Assembly (NCBI GenBank): GCA_031431335.1
Contig: JANPDG010000143.1
Location: 608 to 64,607 of the forward strand
DNA from: Polaromonas sp.
GTDB lineage: Bacteria > Pseudomonadota > Gammaproteobacteria > Burkholderiales > Burkholderiaceae_C
Direction of reading: 5' to 3'
Length of the DNA stretch: 64,000 nt
The position numbers and the translations under genes were made by a program. Numbering within the stretch: position 1 is the first letter of the stretch; each line of letters opens with the position of its first letter. The notes beneath the pieces were generated by a model. The model saw only the letters and a list, made by a program, of their open reading frames with translations. It made no database searches and was not told the origin of the DNA. Positions 39,918 through 49,192 of this stretch are shown one piece after another.

Positions 39918-40102
39918 TTTTTCTCCGACCACTGCACGCCGCCCGTCGCCCAGTTTTGGCGCGGGATGTCGTAGAGCAAAATATCTACCGACTCCGGCTT
40001 GGAGCCTAGGCTGTCGACCACAGCTTGCGTCAGGGCTTTGACCAGAGCGGTTTTTTGCTCGGGGGTGCGGCCTTCCATCATGTCAACGCGAATAGTGGGC
40101 AT
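39914..40102 (-). CDS. 4-oxalocrotonate tautomerase family enzyme
   Basis: 62 aa with an MPTIRVDMMEGRTPEQK Pro-1 tautomerase N-terminus. Confidence 0.9.
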   Translation of the reverse strand: MPTIRVDMMEGRTPEQKTALVKALTQAVVDSLGSKPESVDILLYDIPRQNWATGGVQWSEKK

Positions 40103-40278
40103 AGGGGTTCTCCTTAGAAATAAACGGGGTGTGGCGCGAAACGAGTTCGCTGTGTCTGGCCTCTACAAAGTGTCGCCTGTGCTACGCAAAAGCCATTGCA
40201 CTTACCTTGGGCATCAGATATGTTCGATACTCTGAGTCTAAACTACCCCAACAACAAACATTACTATTAGGAGCCAAT

Positions 40279-41187
40279 ATGCTAAATGTTGTCAACCAAG
40301 GCCATGTTGCCCAAGCCCAATCTTTGCTTTGCAGCGAAAACGGTGAGCAGGGTGCCACCCGCCGCACCGCGCTCAAAGCCGCTTTAGGCGTGGGTTATGC
40401 CGCCAGCGTGGGCGCGGCCGTTGCCCAGTCCGCTATCAAAACCTCGTCCGAGGGCTTGACCACGGGTGAGTTTGTGGTGGAGGTGAACGGTTTTAAGGTG
40501 CGTTCGTACCGCGCTGCGCCTGCGGGCAAGACCAATCTGCCCATCGTGCTGGTGGTGCAAGAGATTTTTGGTGTGCACGAGTACATTGCCGACACTTGCC
40601 GCCGGTTTGCCAAAATGGGCTACATGGCCATAGCGACCGAGCTGTTTGACCGCCAAGGCGACCCCACCAAATACAACGCAGTGCCTGAACTGATCAAAGA
40701 AGTGGTCAGCAAAGTGCCTGACGCACAGGTGATGGCTGATTTGGACGCAATGGTCAAGTGGGCGGGTGCAAATGGCGGCGACGTGAACAAAGTGGCAGTG
40801 ACGGGCTTTTGCTGGGGCGGACGCATTACCTGGCTCTATGCAGCGCATAACAAGTCGGTTAAGGCCGGGGTGGCTTGGTATGGCCGCCTGCTGGGCGCTA
40901 CCAACGAGCTGACACCTAAAAACCCGATTGACTTGGCAGGCAGCATCCACGGGCCCGTGCTGGGCCTGTATGGCGGCGCTGATACTGGCATTCCGGTAGA
41001 CACTGTCGATAAAATGAAAGTTGCGCTCAAAGATGGCAGCCCAGCGGCCAAAAAGTCAGAGTTTGTGGTCTATGACGGCGCTCCGCATGCCTTTCATGCT
41101 GACTACCGCGCAAGCTACCGCAAAGAGCCTGCCGAAGACGGATTTAAGCGCGCTGTAGACTGGTTTAAAGCCAACGGCGTGGCCTGA
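40279..41187 (+). CDS. Dienelactone hydrolase family protein with Tat signal
   Basis: AGGAG RBS before the ATG at 40279. TRRTALKAALGVGYAASVGAAVA and nucleophile motif GFCWGGR. The track ORF from 40129 is over-extended. Confidence 0.88.
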   Translation: MLNVVNQGHVAQAQSLLCSENGEQGATRRTALKAALGVGYAASVGAAVAQSAIKTSSEGLTTGEFVVEVNGFKVRSYRAAPAGKTNLPIVLVVQEIFGVHEYIADTCRRFAKMGYMAIATELFDRQGDPTKYNAVPELIKEVVSKVPDAQVMADLDAMVKWAGANGGDVNKVAVTGFCWGGRITWLYAAHNKSVKAGVAWYGRLLGATNELTPKNPIDLAGSIHGPVLGLYGGADTGIPVDTVDKMKVALKDGSPAAKKSEFVVYDGAPHAFHADYRASYRKEPAEDGFKRAVDWFKANGVA

Positions 41188-41241
41188 TGACGTAAACTAG
41201 GGCGTTCCAAGGCGTTCTAGGGCGCTTAAGTAGCAGCACAC

Positions 41242-41267
41242 AAAACCGCCTCTTGGGGCGGTTTTTT
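41242..41267 (+). terminator. Rho-independent terminator
   Basis: AAAACCGCC-TCTTGG-GGCGGTTTTTT. Confidence 0.85.
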
Positions 41268-41274
41268 ATTGAGT

Positions 41275-41340
41275 TTTACCTGTTTTTTAGTCACTTTTCC
41301 GACGTGGAATATAGATAGTTAGCTATCATAATAATAGTTT
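41275..41340 (+). repeat. AT-rich ~65-bp interspersed repeat, copy G
   Basis: TTTACCTGTTTTTTAGTCACTTTTCCGACGTGGAATATAGATAGTTAGCTATCATAATAATAGTTT, directly followed by the ATG of the ZIP transporter. Confidence 0.9.
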
Positions 41341-42147
41341 ATGAATTTACTTACCATCATCTTTGCCACGCTGTGTGCAGGCGTAGGCAGCGTGTGGATA
41401 GCGGGCGCGCTGACCTACGGCGTGCTGGCGCGGTTTACCCAGCATTTGCTCAGCCTGGCGGCTGGCGCGCTGCTGGCCACCGCGTTCATGCACCTGCTGC
41501 CTGAGGCTTTTGAAAGCCAGGCCGGCGCGCAGGCGCTGTTTGGCACGCTACTGGCAGGGCTGATATTTTTCTTTTTGCTCGACAAGGCCCAGCTGTACCA
41601 CCATGGTCACGAGCATGCGCATAACGACTCTCATGCACACGAGCACGACCATGCGCATGCAGCCGGGCATACCCACGACGTTAAACACAACCACGCCAGC
41701 GGCGGCTGGGCTGTGCTGCTGGGCGACAGTGTGCACTGCTTTGGCGACGGTATTTTGATTGCGGCGGCTTTTATGGCCGACATCAAGCTCGGCTTGGCCG
41801 CCACGGTGGCCGTACTGGTGCACGAGGTGCCGCACCACATGGGCGACCTGGTGGCGCTGCGCCAAGCCCAGCAAAGCGCCACGCAAGCTATGGTCAAGCT
41901 CAGCGCTGCGGGGGCGGTGACGGTGCTGGGCGGCGTGCTGGGCTATGTGCTGGTAGACCAGCTGCAAAGTGCACTGCCGTATCTTCTGGTCATCGCGTCT
42001 AGCAGTTTTATGTATGTAGCGCTGGCAGACTTGATACCTCAGCTTCAAAAGCGCCTGAGCCTGCGCGAGACAGTGGCCCAAGTGGCTTGGCTGGCGGTCG
42101 GCATGGCGCTGGTCGTGGCGAGCACCGCTGTGGCGCATGGCCACTAG
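41341..42147 (+). CDS. ZIP family divalent metal transporter (ZupT/GufA-like)
   Basis: 8-TM profile, His-rich loop HHGHEHAHNDSHAHEHDHAHAAGHTHDVKHNH and an HEVPHHMGD motif. Confidence 0.88.
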   Translation: MNLLTIIFATLCAGVGSVWIAGALTYGVLARFTQHLLSLAAGALLATAFMHLLPEAFESQAGAQALFGTLLAGLIFFFLLDKAQLYHHGHEHAHNDSHAHEHDHAHAAGHTHDVKHNHASGGWAVLLGDSVHCFGDGILIAAAFMADIKLGLAATVAVLVHEVPHHMGDLVALRQAQQSATQAMVKLSAAGAVTVLGGVLGYVLVDQLQSALPYLLVIASSSFMYVALADLIPQLQKRLSLRETVAQVAWLAVGMALVVASTAVAHGH

Positions 42148-42163
42148 CTAACGCGCGCAATAC

Positions 42164-43171
42164 TTAGCGGGCCGATGCTGCAGCGCTTTTGCCGTTGCCA
42201 GGCAGCGGAATAAAACCTGCTTGACGTGCCTGCGCGTCACCTTGGGCTACAGCGGCTTGCACAAAAGGCAGGGCAGTTTTGCGGCCCGCTTTAGGCACTA
42301 CAGGCATGAGCGCGTAAGCTACAGCGCTCATGGGGTAGGCGCTGGTGCCTGCTGCGCCGTCCAAGTCGGCTGCATTGGCGTCGGTTGACCACTGGGCGTT
42401 TTCTAGCGCTGCGCTCACGTTGGCGGCATTCGGGGCTACGCTTTTGCCCGCTGCGTTGAGCAGCTCAGCCACGGGCAGACCCGCTTTTTGGGCCGCGCCC
42501 AAGCCGTCGTAGCCAATGGCGCCGGGTGTGGCCTTGACCGCATCGACCATGGCTTGACCGCCTTTGACGCCTTTGCCTGTACTGAGGTTTAAATTGTTGG
42601 TCGAGGCGATAGCGCGGCGCCATTTGGAATTGCCGCGGGCCAGATAGCCTGAAAACACATACGACTGGCCCGAGCCGTCGGCGCGCCATATCGGCACGAT
42701 TGGCTTGTTGGGCAGGGCTAAACCAGCATTGGCACCTGCAATTTGCGAGTGGTTCCAGGTGGTGATCGCACCTTGGTAAATGTCGGCCAATATATCGCCG
42801 TTGAGTTTGATGGGCTTGCCCGCCAGTTCAGGCAGGTTCACCATCACCACCACAGCAGACGCCACCAAGGGCACTTGGCGCAAACCGGCTTGGCGCAGGG
42901 CTGCGCCTGTGAGCGGTACATCACTGACACCAAAGTCCACGCTTTGGTCAGTAGCGCGCGCCACTCCCGCAGACGAGCCGGTAGCCTCGTAGCTCACACC
43001 GCCCGCCAAAGCGCCATACTGGCTAGACCAGCTGCCCATCAGCTCGCGCACCGAGCTGGCACCCGTACCCGTCAGCTGTGCGTGCGCAGCGCCTGCGCAC
43101 AGCAGCCAGGCTGCGCTGACGAGACTGAGCTTGCGAGCCCAAGGGGCATTGGAGGTATGGTGTGAGGTCAT
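42164..43171 (-). CDS. PstS-family (phosphate-type) ABC substrate-binding protein
   Basis: AAGGA RBS before the ATG at 43171, signal peptide, then GTGASSVRELMGSWSSQYG...ATGSSAGV PBP motifs. Confidence 0.8.
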   Translation of the reverse strand: MTSHHTSNAPWARKLSLVSAAWLLCAGAAHAQLTGTGASSVRELMGSWSSQYGALAGGVSYEATGSSAGVARATDQSVDFGVSDVPLTGAALRQAGLRQVPLVASAVVVMVNLPELAGKPIKLNGDILADIYQGAITTWNHSQIAGANAGLALPNKPIVPIWRADGSGQSYVFSGYLARGNSKWRRAIASTNNLNLSTGKGVKGGQAMVDAVKATPGAIGYDGLGAAQKAGLPVAELLNAAGKSVAPNAANVSAALENAQWSTDANAADLDGAAGTSAYPMSAVAYALMPVVPKAGRKTALPFVQAAVAQGDAQARQAGFIPLPGNGKSAAASAR

Positions 43172-43475
43172 CGTTGAGTTCCTTCGTGGCGCAGCGGCCA
43201 ACTGTTAATGTATTGTCCGTATGAAACCCATACTTTGCGCCGCATGGGTGCCACAAATGAAAATTCAGTGGCATTAATGTGACATATTGGTGCATTTTGT
43301 GGGCGTTTTAGGTGGCTCGGCACATGTCAAGTGAAGATGCTGCACTTAACGTCGCTGCGATACTGCGGTCGACCTCATCCAAATCGACAGATGTTACGTA
43401 GACTATGACTGGGTCGCTGTGCAGACTCAAGTCGTGCATGTTTTGACGAACCACATCACTTTTACGCTCTAATCT

Positions 43476-44303
43476 ATGATTTATTGGTTCAAAATCAGTC
43501 TCGCCATCGCCGTTGGCCTGGCATTTTTGTTGTATTGTCTTGCCGTGGGCTGGCTGTGGTTTGCCCAAGAAAAGCTCATCTTTATGCCCACGGTGTTGCC
43601 CGCAGATGCGGTGCTGAGCCAGCGCCCAGATGTGCGTGAGGTGGTGGTCAATGTGCCGGGCGCACAGCTGTCGGCGCTGCACCTCAAGCACAGTGCACCC
43701 AAAGGCGTGGTGTTCTTCTTGCATGGCAATGCTGGCAACGCCGTGACGTGGCTAATCGACCCAGATTTCTACAGCCGTGCCAACTTTGACGTGGTGATGC
43801 TCGACTACCGAGGCTATGGCAAAAGCACGGGCCGCATCACCAGCGAGGCGCAGTTGCGCTCGGATGTGCGCGCTGTGTGGAATCATTTTGCGCCGCAATA
43901 CCAAGGCCAAGACAAAAAATGGCTGCTCCTGGGCCGCTCGCTTGGCACATCCTTGGCCGCGGGCTTGGCAACGGACTTGGCCCAAGCGGGCAGGGCGCCT
44001 GATGCCACCATTCTCGTCTCGCCGTACGAAAACTTCATCGCACTGACCGCGCAGCACTATCCACTGGTGCCCAAAGCCGTGCTGCGTTACCCCATGCGCA
44101 CCGACCAGCTGGTTGCCAGCATACCCAACTTGCTGCTACTGCACGGCGACCAAGACAGTGTCATCCCCCTGCGCCACAGCCAAGCCCTGACCAAAATAGC
44201 ACCCAAAGCCAAACTGCAAGTCATCCAAGGTGCAGCGCACAACGACCTGCAGGACTTTGCGAGTTACACCGGCGCTATTGAAGCGGTGATGCGCGGGTTG
44301 TAG
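43476..44303 (+). CDS. Alpha/beta hydrolase
   Basis: N-terminal TM, HGNAGN oxyanion region and nucleophile elbow GRSLGTS. 275 aa. Confidence 0.85.
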   Translation: MIYWFKISLAIAVGLAFLLYCLAVGWLWFAQEKLIFMPTVLPADAVLSQRPDVREVVVNVPGAQLSALHLKHSAPKGVVFFLHGNAGNAVTWLIDPDFYSRANFDVVMLDYRGYGKSTGRITSEAQLRSDVRAVWNHFAPQYQGQDKKWLLLGRSLGTSLAAGLATDLAQAGRAPDATILVSPYENFIALTAQHYPLVPKAVLRYPMRTDQLVASIPNLLLLHGDQDSVIPLRHSQALTKIAPKAKLQVIQGAAHNDLQDFASYTGAIEAVMRGL

Positions 44304-44493
44304 TTTATTTTGCCAAGCATCAGCACCTCAAAGCATGCTCGCATGGGCAATGGGGAGTGTCAGCATTTCTGTGTGTGAGGCGGCTTAGGGTTTATCCACG
44401 CAGGTGAGCCGCTGTTTGTACCCGCACTAGCGGGCGGGTTGGGCTGAATGGCTTTGAGCTTTGTATTTGGCTATACCGCCTCAATGTACTGAG

Positions 44494-44560
44494 TTTTGGA
44501 ATAAAATATAGCATTTTTCCGACGTGGGTATTCAATAGTTTGCTATAAAATTAATAGTGA
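44494..44560 (+). repeat. AT-rich ~65-bp interspersed repeat, copy H
   Basis: TTTTGGAATAAAATATAGCATTTTTCCGACGTGGGTATTCAATAGTTTGCTATAAAATTAATAGTGA. Lies between convergent genes. Confidence 0.9.
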
Positions 44561-44602
44561 TTTACTCAGCCGAAATTCACACGATGCATCCGCCAAACTG
44601 CA

Positions 44603-45484
44603 TCAACCCCGCGCCACTGGCAAGTCTGGTCGGTGGCTCCACTCACTCCAGCTGCCTGCAAACAGTGCGCTGGCTGGGTAGCCGGCTATGAGCATGGCCA
44701 GTACGTTGGGCACGGCGCTCACACCGCTGCCGCAGTGGTGAATTACCTGGGCACTGTCGCGCCCGGCCAGCAGAGCGTCAAACTCGGCGCGCAGCACAGC
44801 GGGGCTTTTGAACAGGCCGTCTGTGCCGATATTGAGCGCAAAAGGGCGATTCAGCGCCCCCGGAATATGCCCCGCCACCGGGTCAAGCGGCTCTACCTCG
44901 CCGCGAAACCGCGCACCGGCGCGGGCGTCGATGATGGTGTGGCTACCGGTGCGCACTGCATTTGCTACATCATCAATAGCAAACTTCTTAATATCCACGT
45001 CGGAAATATCGTATTTTGGCTTGCTAAAGTCGGCAACCAATGGGGCCGCTCCACTGGCCACTGCGCTGCCCGCAGCTGTCCAAGCCTGTAGCCCGCCGTC
45101 TAGCACCGCTACCGCGCTGTGGCCGCACCAGCGCAGCATCCACCAAGCCCGGCCGCAATAGTTCACGCCGTTGCGGTCGTACACCACCACCTGATCGCCC
45201 GGTGCGACGCCTACTGCGCCTAGCCAAGCGGCCAGCTTATTGCGGTCAGGCAGAGGATGGCGGCCACCGCTGGCCTTGTCGGCGGCACTGGTTTTGTCGC
45301 TCAGATCGGTGTCTAAGTGGACATAACGCGCACCGGCAATATGGCTTTGCTCAAACGCCTGCGGCCCTGCCAAAGGGTCCATCAGGTCAAAACTGCAGTC
45401 CCACAAGTGCAGTTTGGCCCCCTCGCTTTGCAGGGCTTGGAGTTGGGCGACTGAAATAAGGGTTGAAAACATCGTGGTTTGCAT
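44603..45484 (-). CDS. sseA: 3-mercaptopyruvate/thiosulfate sulfurtransferase (tandem rhodanese)
   Basis: Two rhodanese domains. Active-site loop HCGSGVSA is the mercaptopyruvate-sulfurtransferase type (CGSGV[TS]A). Confidence 0.85.
   Translation of the reverse strand: MQTTMFSTLISVAQLQALQSEGAKLHLWDCSFDLMDPLAGPQAFEQSHIAGARYVHLDTDLSDKTSAADKASGGRHPLPDRNKLAAWLGAVGVAPGDQVVVYDRNGVNYCGRAWWMLRWCGHSAVAVLDGGLQAWTAAGSAVASGAAPLVADFSKPKYDISDVDIKKFAIDDVANAVRTGSHTIIDARAGARFRGEVEPLDPVAGHIPGALNRPFALNIGTDGLFKSPAVLRAEFDALLAGRDSAQVIHHCGSGVSAVPNVLAMLIAGYPASALFAGSWSEWSHRPDLPVARG
44971..45010 (-). repeat. Copy H2 of the AT-rich repeat core, embedded in-frame in the sulfurtransferase inter-domain linker
   Basis: Minus strand: ATTTCCGACGTGGATATTAAGAAGTTTGCTATTGATGAT = ISDVDIKKFAIDD. 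About 33 of 36 nt match the repeat consensus. Confidence 0.8.
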
Positions 45485-45681
45485 AGGGTGGGTTGCTTAA
45501 TCTGGGTGGCTTTCGGGGTGGGGCGTCTGTAATGGGCATGGCAGTAGGTTTAAAAGGCTATAATAGAGGGCTTTCCCCTTGCTGCACCACATCCGACGCT
45601 GTGGGTAGCTTTTTATCACGGTTGCTGGTAGGTTTGCTTCAATAGCAGATGGGCCGCAGCCAAAATCCTTAAGGAGTACAT

Positions 45682-46128
45682 ATGCGTCATTACGAGATCG
45701 TCTTGATGATCCACCCGGATCAGAGCGAACAAGTTCCAGCTATGCTGGAGCGTTACAAAAGCATGATTACCACCCCCGGTGGCAAAATTCATCGCGTGGA
45801 AGACTGGGGCCGCCGCCAACTGGCGTACCAGATCAACAAGCTGGCCAAGGCACACTACATTTGTGTGAACATTGAAGCCGACCAAACTGTGATGGCTGAG
45901 CTGGAGCATGCCTTCAAGTTCAACGACGCAGTGCTGCGCCACCTGACTGTGCTCAAAAAGACAGCCGAGACCGGCCCATCTTCGATGATGAAGCAGGTCG
46001 AGCGTGAAGAAGCCCGCAAACTGCAGCAAGAGCAGTACGCTAGCCAAGACCGTGGCGGTGACCGCCCTGATCGTGGTGGCGATCGTGGCGGTGAGCGCCA
46101 AGAGCGCGGCGAGCGCCAAGAGCGTTAA
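45682..46128 (+). CDS. rpsF: 30S ribosomal protein S6
   Basis: [18 protein letters not shown]... with an AAGGAG RBS. C-terminal DRGG/ERQ repeat tail. Confidence 0.97.
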   Translation: MRHYEIVLMIHPDQSEQVPAMLERYKSMITTPGGKIHRVEDWGRRQLAYQINKLAKAHYICVNIEADQTVMAELEHAFKFNDAVLRHLTVLKKTAETGPSSMMKQVEREEARKLQQEQYASQDRGGDRPDRGGDRGGERQERGERQER

Positions 46129-46162
46129 TTAGCGTTGCACCCGTGTTATTGACCTAGGAGTC

Positions 46163-46450
46163 GTGAACCAACTTACCTTGACCGCCAGCATCGCCGAGAT
46201 CAGCGCCCAGCGCTACACCCCGGCAGGTGTCCCCGCAGTCGATATGATGCTCTCGCATGAGAGCGAACAAGTCGAAGCAGGAACGTTGCGTACAGTCAAA
46301 GTCAGCCTCAAAGCAGTCGCCATCGGGCCCGTTGCGGAAACCCTTCGCAAACAACCGATAGGTAAGCTGCTCAAGTTCAGCGGATTCTTATGCCAAACAC
46401 GCAACGCCAAAGGCACACTGTTTCACATTCAAGCATTTGAATTAATTTAA
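46163..46450 (+). CDS. priB: Primosomal replication protein N (PriB)
   Basis: 95-aa OB-fold protein between rpsF and rpsR. GTG start after GGAG. Confidence 0.9.
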   Translation: MNQLTLTASIAEISAQRYTPAGVPAVDMMLSHESEQVEAGTLRTVKVSLKAVAIGPVAETLRKQPIGKLLKFSGFLCQTRNAKGTLFHIQAFELI

Positions 46451-46467
46451 ATTTTTAGGAGTCCACC

Positions 46468-46752
46468 ATGGCCGGACCATCACGTTTTAAAAAGACTGAC
46501 AAGCGCCCAAAGCGCCCCGCACAAAACCTGCTGTTTAAGCGCAAGCGCTTTTGCCGCTTTACCGTCACAGGCGTCGTCGAGATCGACTACAAAGATGTAG
46601 ACACCTTGCGTGACTTCATCGCCGAAAACGGCAAAATCATCCCCGCACGCCTGACCGGCACCCGTGCGATTTACCAGCGCCAGCTCAACACCGCGATCAA
46701 ACGCGCTCGCTTTTTGGCCCTCGCGCCATACAGCGACCAGCACCGCGTATAA
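46468..46752 (+). CDS. rpsR: 30S ribosomal protein S18
   Basis: [10 protein letters not shown]...[13 protein letters not shown]...[11 protein letters not shown]. 94 aa. Confidence 0.97.
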   Translation: MAGPSRFKKTDKRPKRPAQNLLFKRKRFCRFTVTGVVEIDYKDVDTLRDFIAENGKIIPARLTGTRAIYQRQLNTAIKRARFLALAPYSDQHRV

Positions 46753-46774
46753 GCTGTAGCTCAGGAGAAACACT

Positions 46775-47227
46775 ATGCAAATTATTCTGCTCGAAAAAGT
46801 CATTAACCTCGGCAACCTGGGCGAAATCGTCAAGGTCAAAGACGGCTATGCACGCAATTTTTTAATCCCTGAACGCAAAGCACGCCGCGCCACCGAATCA
46901 GCCAAAGCTGAATTCGAAGCCAAGCGCGCTGAGCTAGAAAAAGCCGCCGCCGTCAAGCTGGCCGAAAGCCAAGCGATTGGCGAAAAGCTCGCTGGCTCCA
47001 CAGTCAAAGTGTCCCAAAAAGCGGGCGTTGACGGCCGCCTGTTTGGCTCCGTCACTAACCATGACGTGGCTGAAGAACTGGGCAAGATGGGCTTTAAAGT
47101 GCTCAAGTCGCAAGTTCGTATGCCTACCGGCCCTGTCAAAGTGGTTGGCGACAGCAAAGTCAGCGTGGCACTGCACACCGACGTGGTGGTAGAAGTGACC
47201 GTGTCTGTTTTGGGCGAGACCGCTTAA
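46775..47227 (+). CDS. rplI: 50S ribosomal protein L9
   Basis: [32 protein letters not shown]. 150 aa. Confidence 0.97.
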   Translation: MQIILLEKVINLGNLGEIVKVKDGYARNFLIPERKARRATESAKAEFEAKRAELEKAAAVKLAESQAIGEKLAGSTVKVSQKAGVDGRLFGSVTNHDVAEELGKMGFKVLKSQVRMPTGPVKVVGDSKVSVALHTDVVVEVTVSVLGETA

Positions 47228-47261
47228 GATTTAAGCGTTCCACCTAAGCGTTCCCCGTACA

Positions 47262-47294
47262 AGCCCTGCGTTGTGAAACGCGGGGCTTTTTTTA
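47262..47294 (+). terminator. Rho-independent terminator of the rpsF operon
   Basis: AGCCCTGCG-TTGTGAAA-CGCGGGGCT followed by TTTTTTT. Confidence 0.85.
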
Positions 47295-47309
47295 TGCCTA
47301 AAAATTCAC

Positions 47310-47891
47310 CTAAATAATATCAAAGTGGTGAAATCCAAAGTTTCCCGATGCGGCGTCTGCAAAGTACCGCTCTAGCGTATCGCGCACCGTGCGAAAGGCA
47401 ATCTCGTCCCACGGGATCTCGGCTTGGGTAAACAAGCGCGCTTCCATGGTTTCAAAGCCGATGTCCAGCGCTTCGCTGAGCAGCTTGGCGCGGTAGAAAA
47501 AGTGCACCTGACCTACGCGCGGCACGTTGATCAAGGTGAACAGGTCTTGCATTTCAATCTGCGCACCCGCTTCTTCATCGGTCTCGCGCGCTGCGCCTTG
47601 GGCCGCAGTCTCGCCAAGCTCCATAAAGCCTGCAGGCAAAGTCCACAGACCTTTGCGCGGTTCGATGTTGCGTTTGCACAGCAGCACGCGGTGCACGCCC
47701 TGCGCATCGATCATGATAGGCACGGTGCCCACCACGTTAAGCGGGTTTTCGTAGTGCACGGTGCCGCATGCGGTGCACACAGCGCGCAGCTTGGTGTCGC
47801 CATCGTCCGGCTGGCGGTAGGCGACTGCTGCGCCACAGGCTTTGCAGTGCTTGATCGGTGGGCGTGGGTACATGCACATGAGTGTACGCAA
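47310..47891 (-). CDS. NUDIX hydrolase with N-terminal zinc ribbon
   Basis: CKACGAA...CTACG zinc ribbon and Nudix box GFMELGETAAQGAARETDEEAG. Confidence 0.9.
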   Translation of the reverse strand: MRTLMCMYPRPPIKHCKACGAAVAYRQPDDGDTKLRAVCTACGTVHYENPLNVVGTVPIMIDAQGVHRVLLCKRNIEPRKGLWTLPAGFMELGETAAQGAARETDEEAGAQIEMQDLFTLINVPRVGQVHFFYRAKLLSEALDIGFETMEARLFTQAEIPWDEIAFRTVRDTLERYFADAASGNFGFHHFDII

Positions 47892-47921
47892 AAAAATAGG
47901 CTCTGGTGGGAGCCTATTTTT
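47891..47921 (-). terminator. Rho-independent terminator after the TRAP dctP gene (symmetric)
   Basis: AAAAAATAGGCTC-TGGTGG-GAGCCTATTTTT. Confidence 0.8.
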
Positions 47922-47971
47922 AGAGCTTGAGCAAACAAGCTTAATTAAGTTAAATCAATCTAAATCAGCAT

Positions 47972-49060
47972 TTAAGCTTTCTTGGCTGGCGTTTTGGCTG
48001 CGGGTGCGACAGGAGCTACCTTGCTGTGCTTTTCAATCAAATTTCGGGCAGTTTCTAGCAGTTTTTGGCCATCAAAGCCGCGCTTGTTCATGTCTTGTAC
48101 CCATTCCACTTCCACGGTGCGCGATGCACGGCGGAACTGCTGGGCTTCTTCTACGCCCACGGTAAATATGGTGTTGCTGCGGTCAGTAGCCGACTTGCGG
48201 CCTGCAATGTCACCTGCTTGCTGGGTTTTGCCCAGCCATGCTGAGGTGGCCATGCCAGAATTGTCGTCGATGACTTTTTTCAGGTCAGCAGGCAAGCTGT
48301 TGTACTTGGCTTTGTTCATGGCCATGACAAAGGTGGTGGTGTACAGCGCGCCGCCAGCAGGGTCAAACTCGGCGTGAAACTTGGTCAGCTCGTGCACTTT
48401 GACCGATGGCACTACTTCCCACGGAATCACTGCGCCTTGGATGGTGCCTTTAGACAGCGCATCAGGAATACCGGGCAGCGGCATGCCTACAGGAGTAGCG
48501 CCCAGGCTGCCCATCAGCTTGGTGACTTGGCGGGTTGGGGCGCGCATTTTCACACCCTTGAGGTCGGCAACCGATTTCACAGGCTTGTCTGTGGTGTGAA
48601 TCACGCCGGGGCCGTGCACTTGCAGCGCCAGCACTTGCACTTCTTTGAACTCGTCTGGAGCCATGGTTTGTACATATTCCCAATACGCTTTGGACGTGGC
48701 CTCGGCATTGGTCATCATGAACGGCAGTTCAAACACTTCAACGCGTGGAAAGCGCCCTGCGGTGTTGCCTGGTAGTGTCCAGATAATGTCCACCACGCCG
48801 TCGCGCGCTTGGTCATACAGCTGCACAGGCGTGCCGCCCAGTTGCATGGCAGGGTAGCCCTCAAACTTGATACGACCACCAGATTCTTTTTCGACCTTGT
48901 CCATCCATGCTTTGTGCATGTTGAGCCACACGTTAGACTGCGGCGACATGAAGGTGTGAAACTTCAGGGTGACCACGGGCTGCTGCGCAATGGCGGACAG
49001 CGCGGTGCTGCCTACAGCGGCAGCGATGCCAGATTTGAGAAGAGCGCGGCGTTGAACCAT
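47972..49060 (-). CDS. TRAP transporter substrate-binding protein (DctP family)
   Basis: Signal peptide with RRALLKSGIAAAVG, 362 aa. Last gene of a dctQ-dctM-dctP order. Confidence 0.9.
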   Translation of the reverse strand: MVQRRALLKSGIAAAVGSTALSAIAQQPVVTLKFHTFMSPQSNVWLNMHKAWMDKVEKESGGRIKFEGYPAMQLGGTPVQLYDQARDGVVDIIWTLPGNTAGRFPRVEVFELPFMMTNAEATSKAYWEYVQTMAPDEFKEVQVLALQVHGPGVIHTTDKPVKSVADLKGVKMRAPTRQVTKLMGSLGATPVGMPLPGIPDALSKGTIQGAVIPWEVVPSVKVHELTKFHAEFDPAGGALYTTTFVMAMNKAKYNSLPADLKKVIDDNSGMATSAWLGKTQQAGDIAGRKSATDRSNTIFTVGVEEAQQFRRASRTVEVEWVQDMNKRGFDGQKLLETARNLIEKHSKVAPVAPAAKTPAKKA

Positions 49061-49192
49061 ATCGAAAACTCCAAAAATAAAGAGAACTAAAACTAAGCTG
49101 AATTTAGCAAATTATCCCTGACCTAACCATAACGCACAGGAACCAAAACGGTTGATCGGACATACCCTAAATGCATCCTGATGGGCGGTGGC

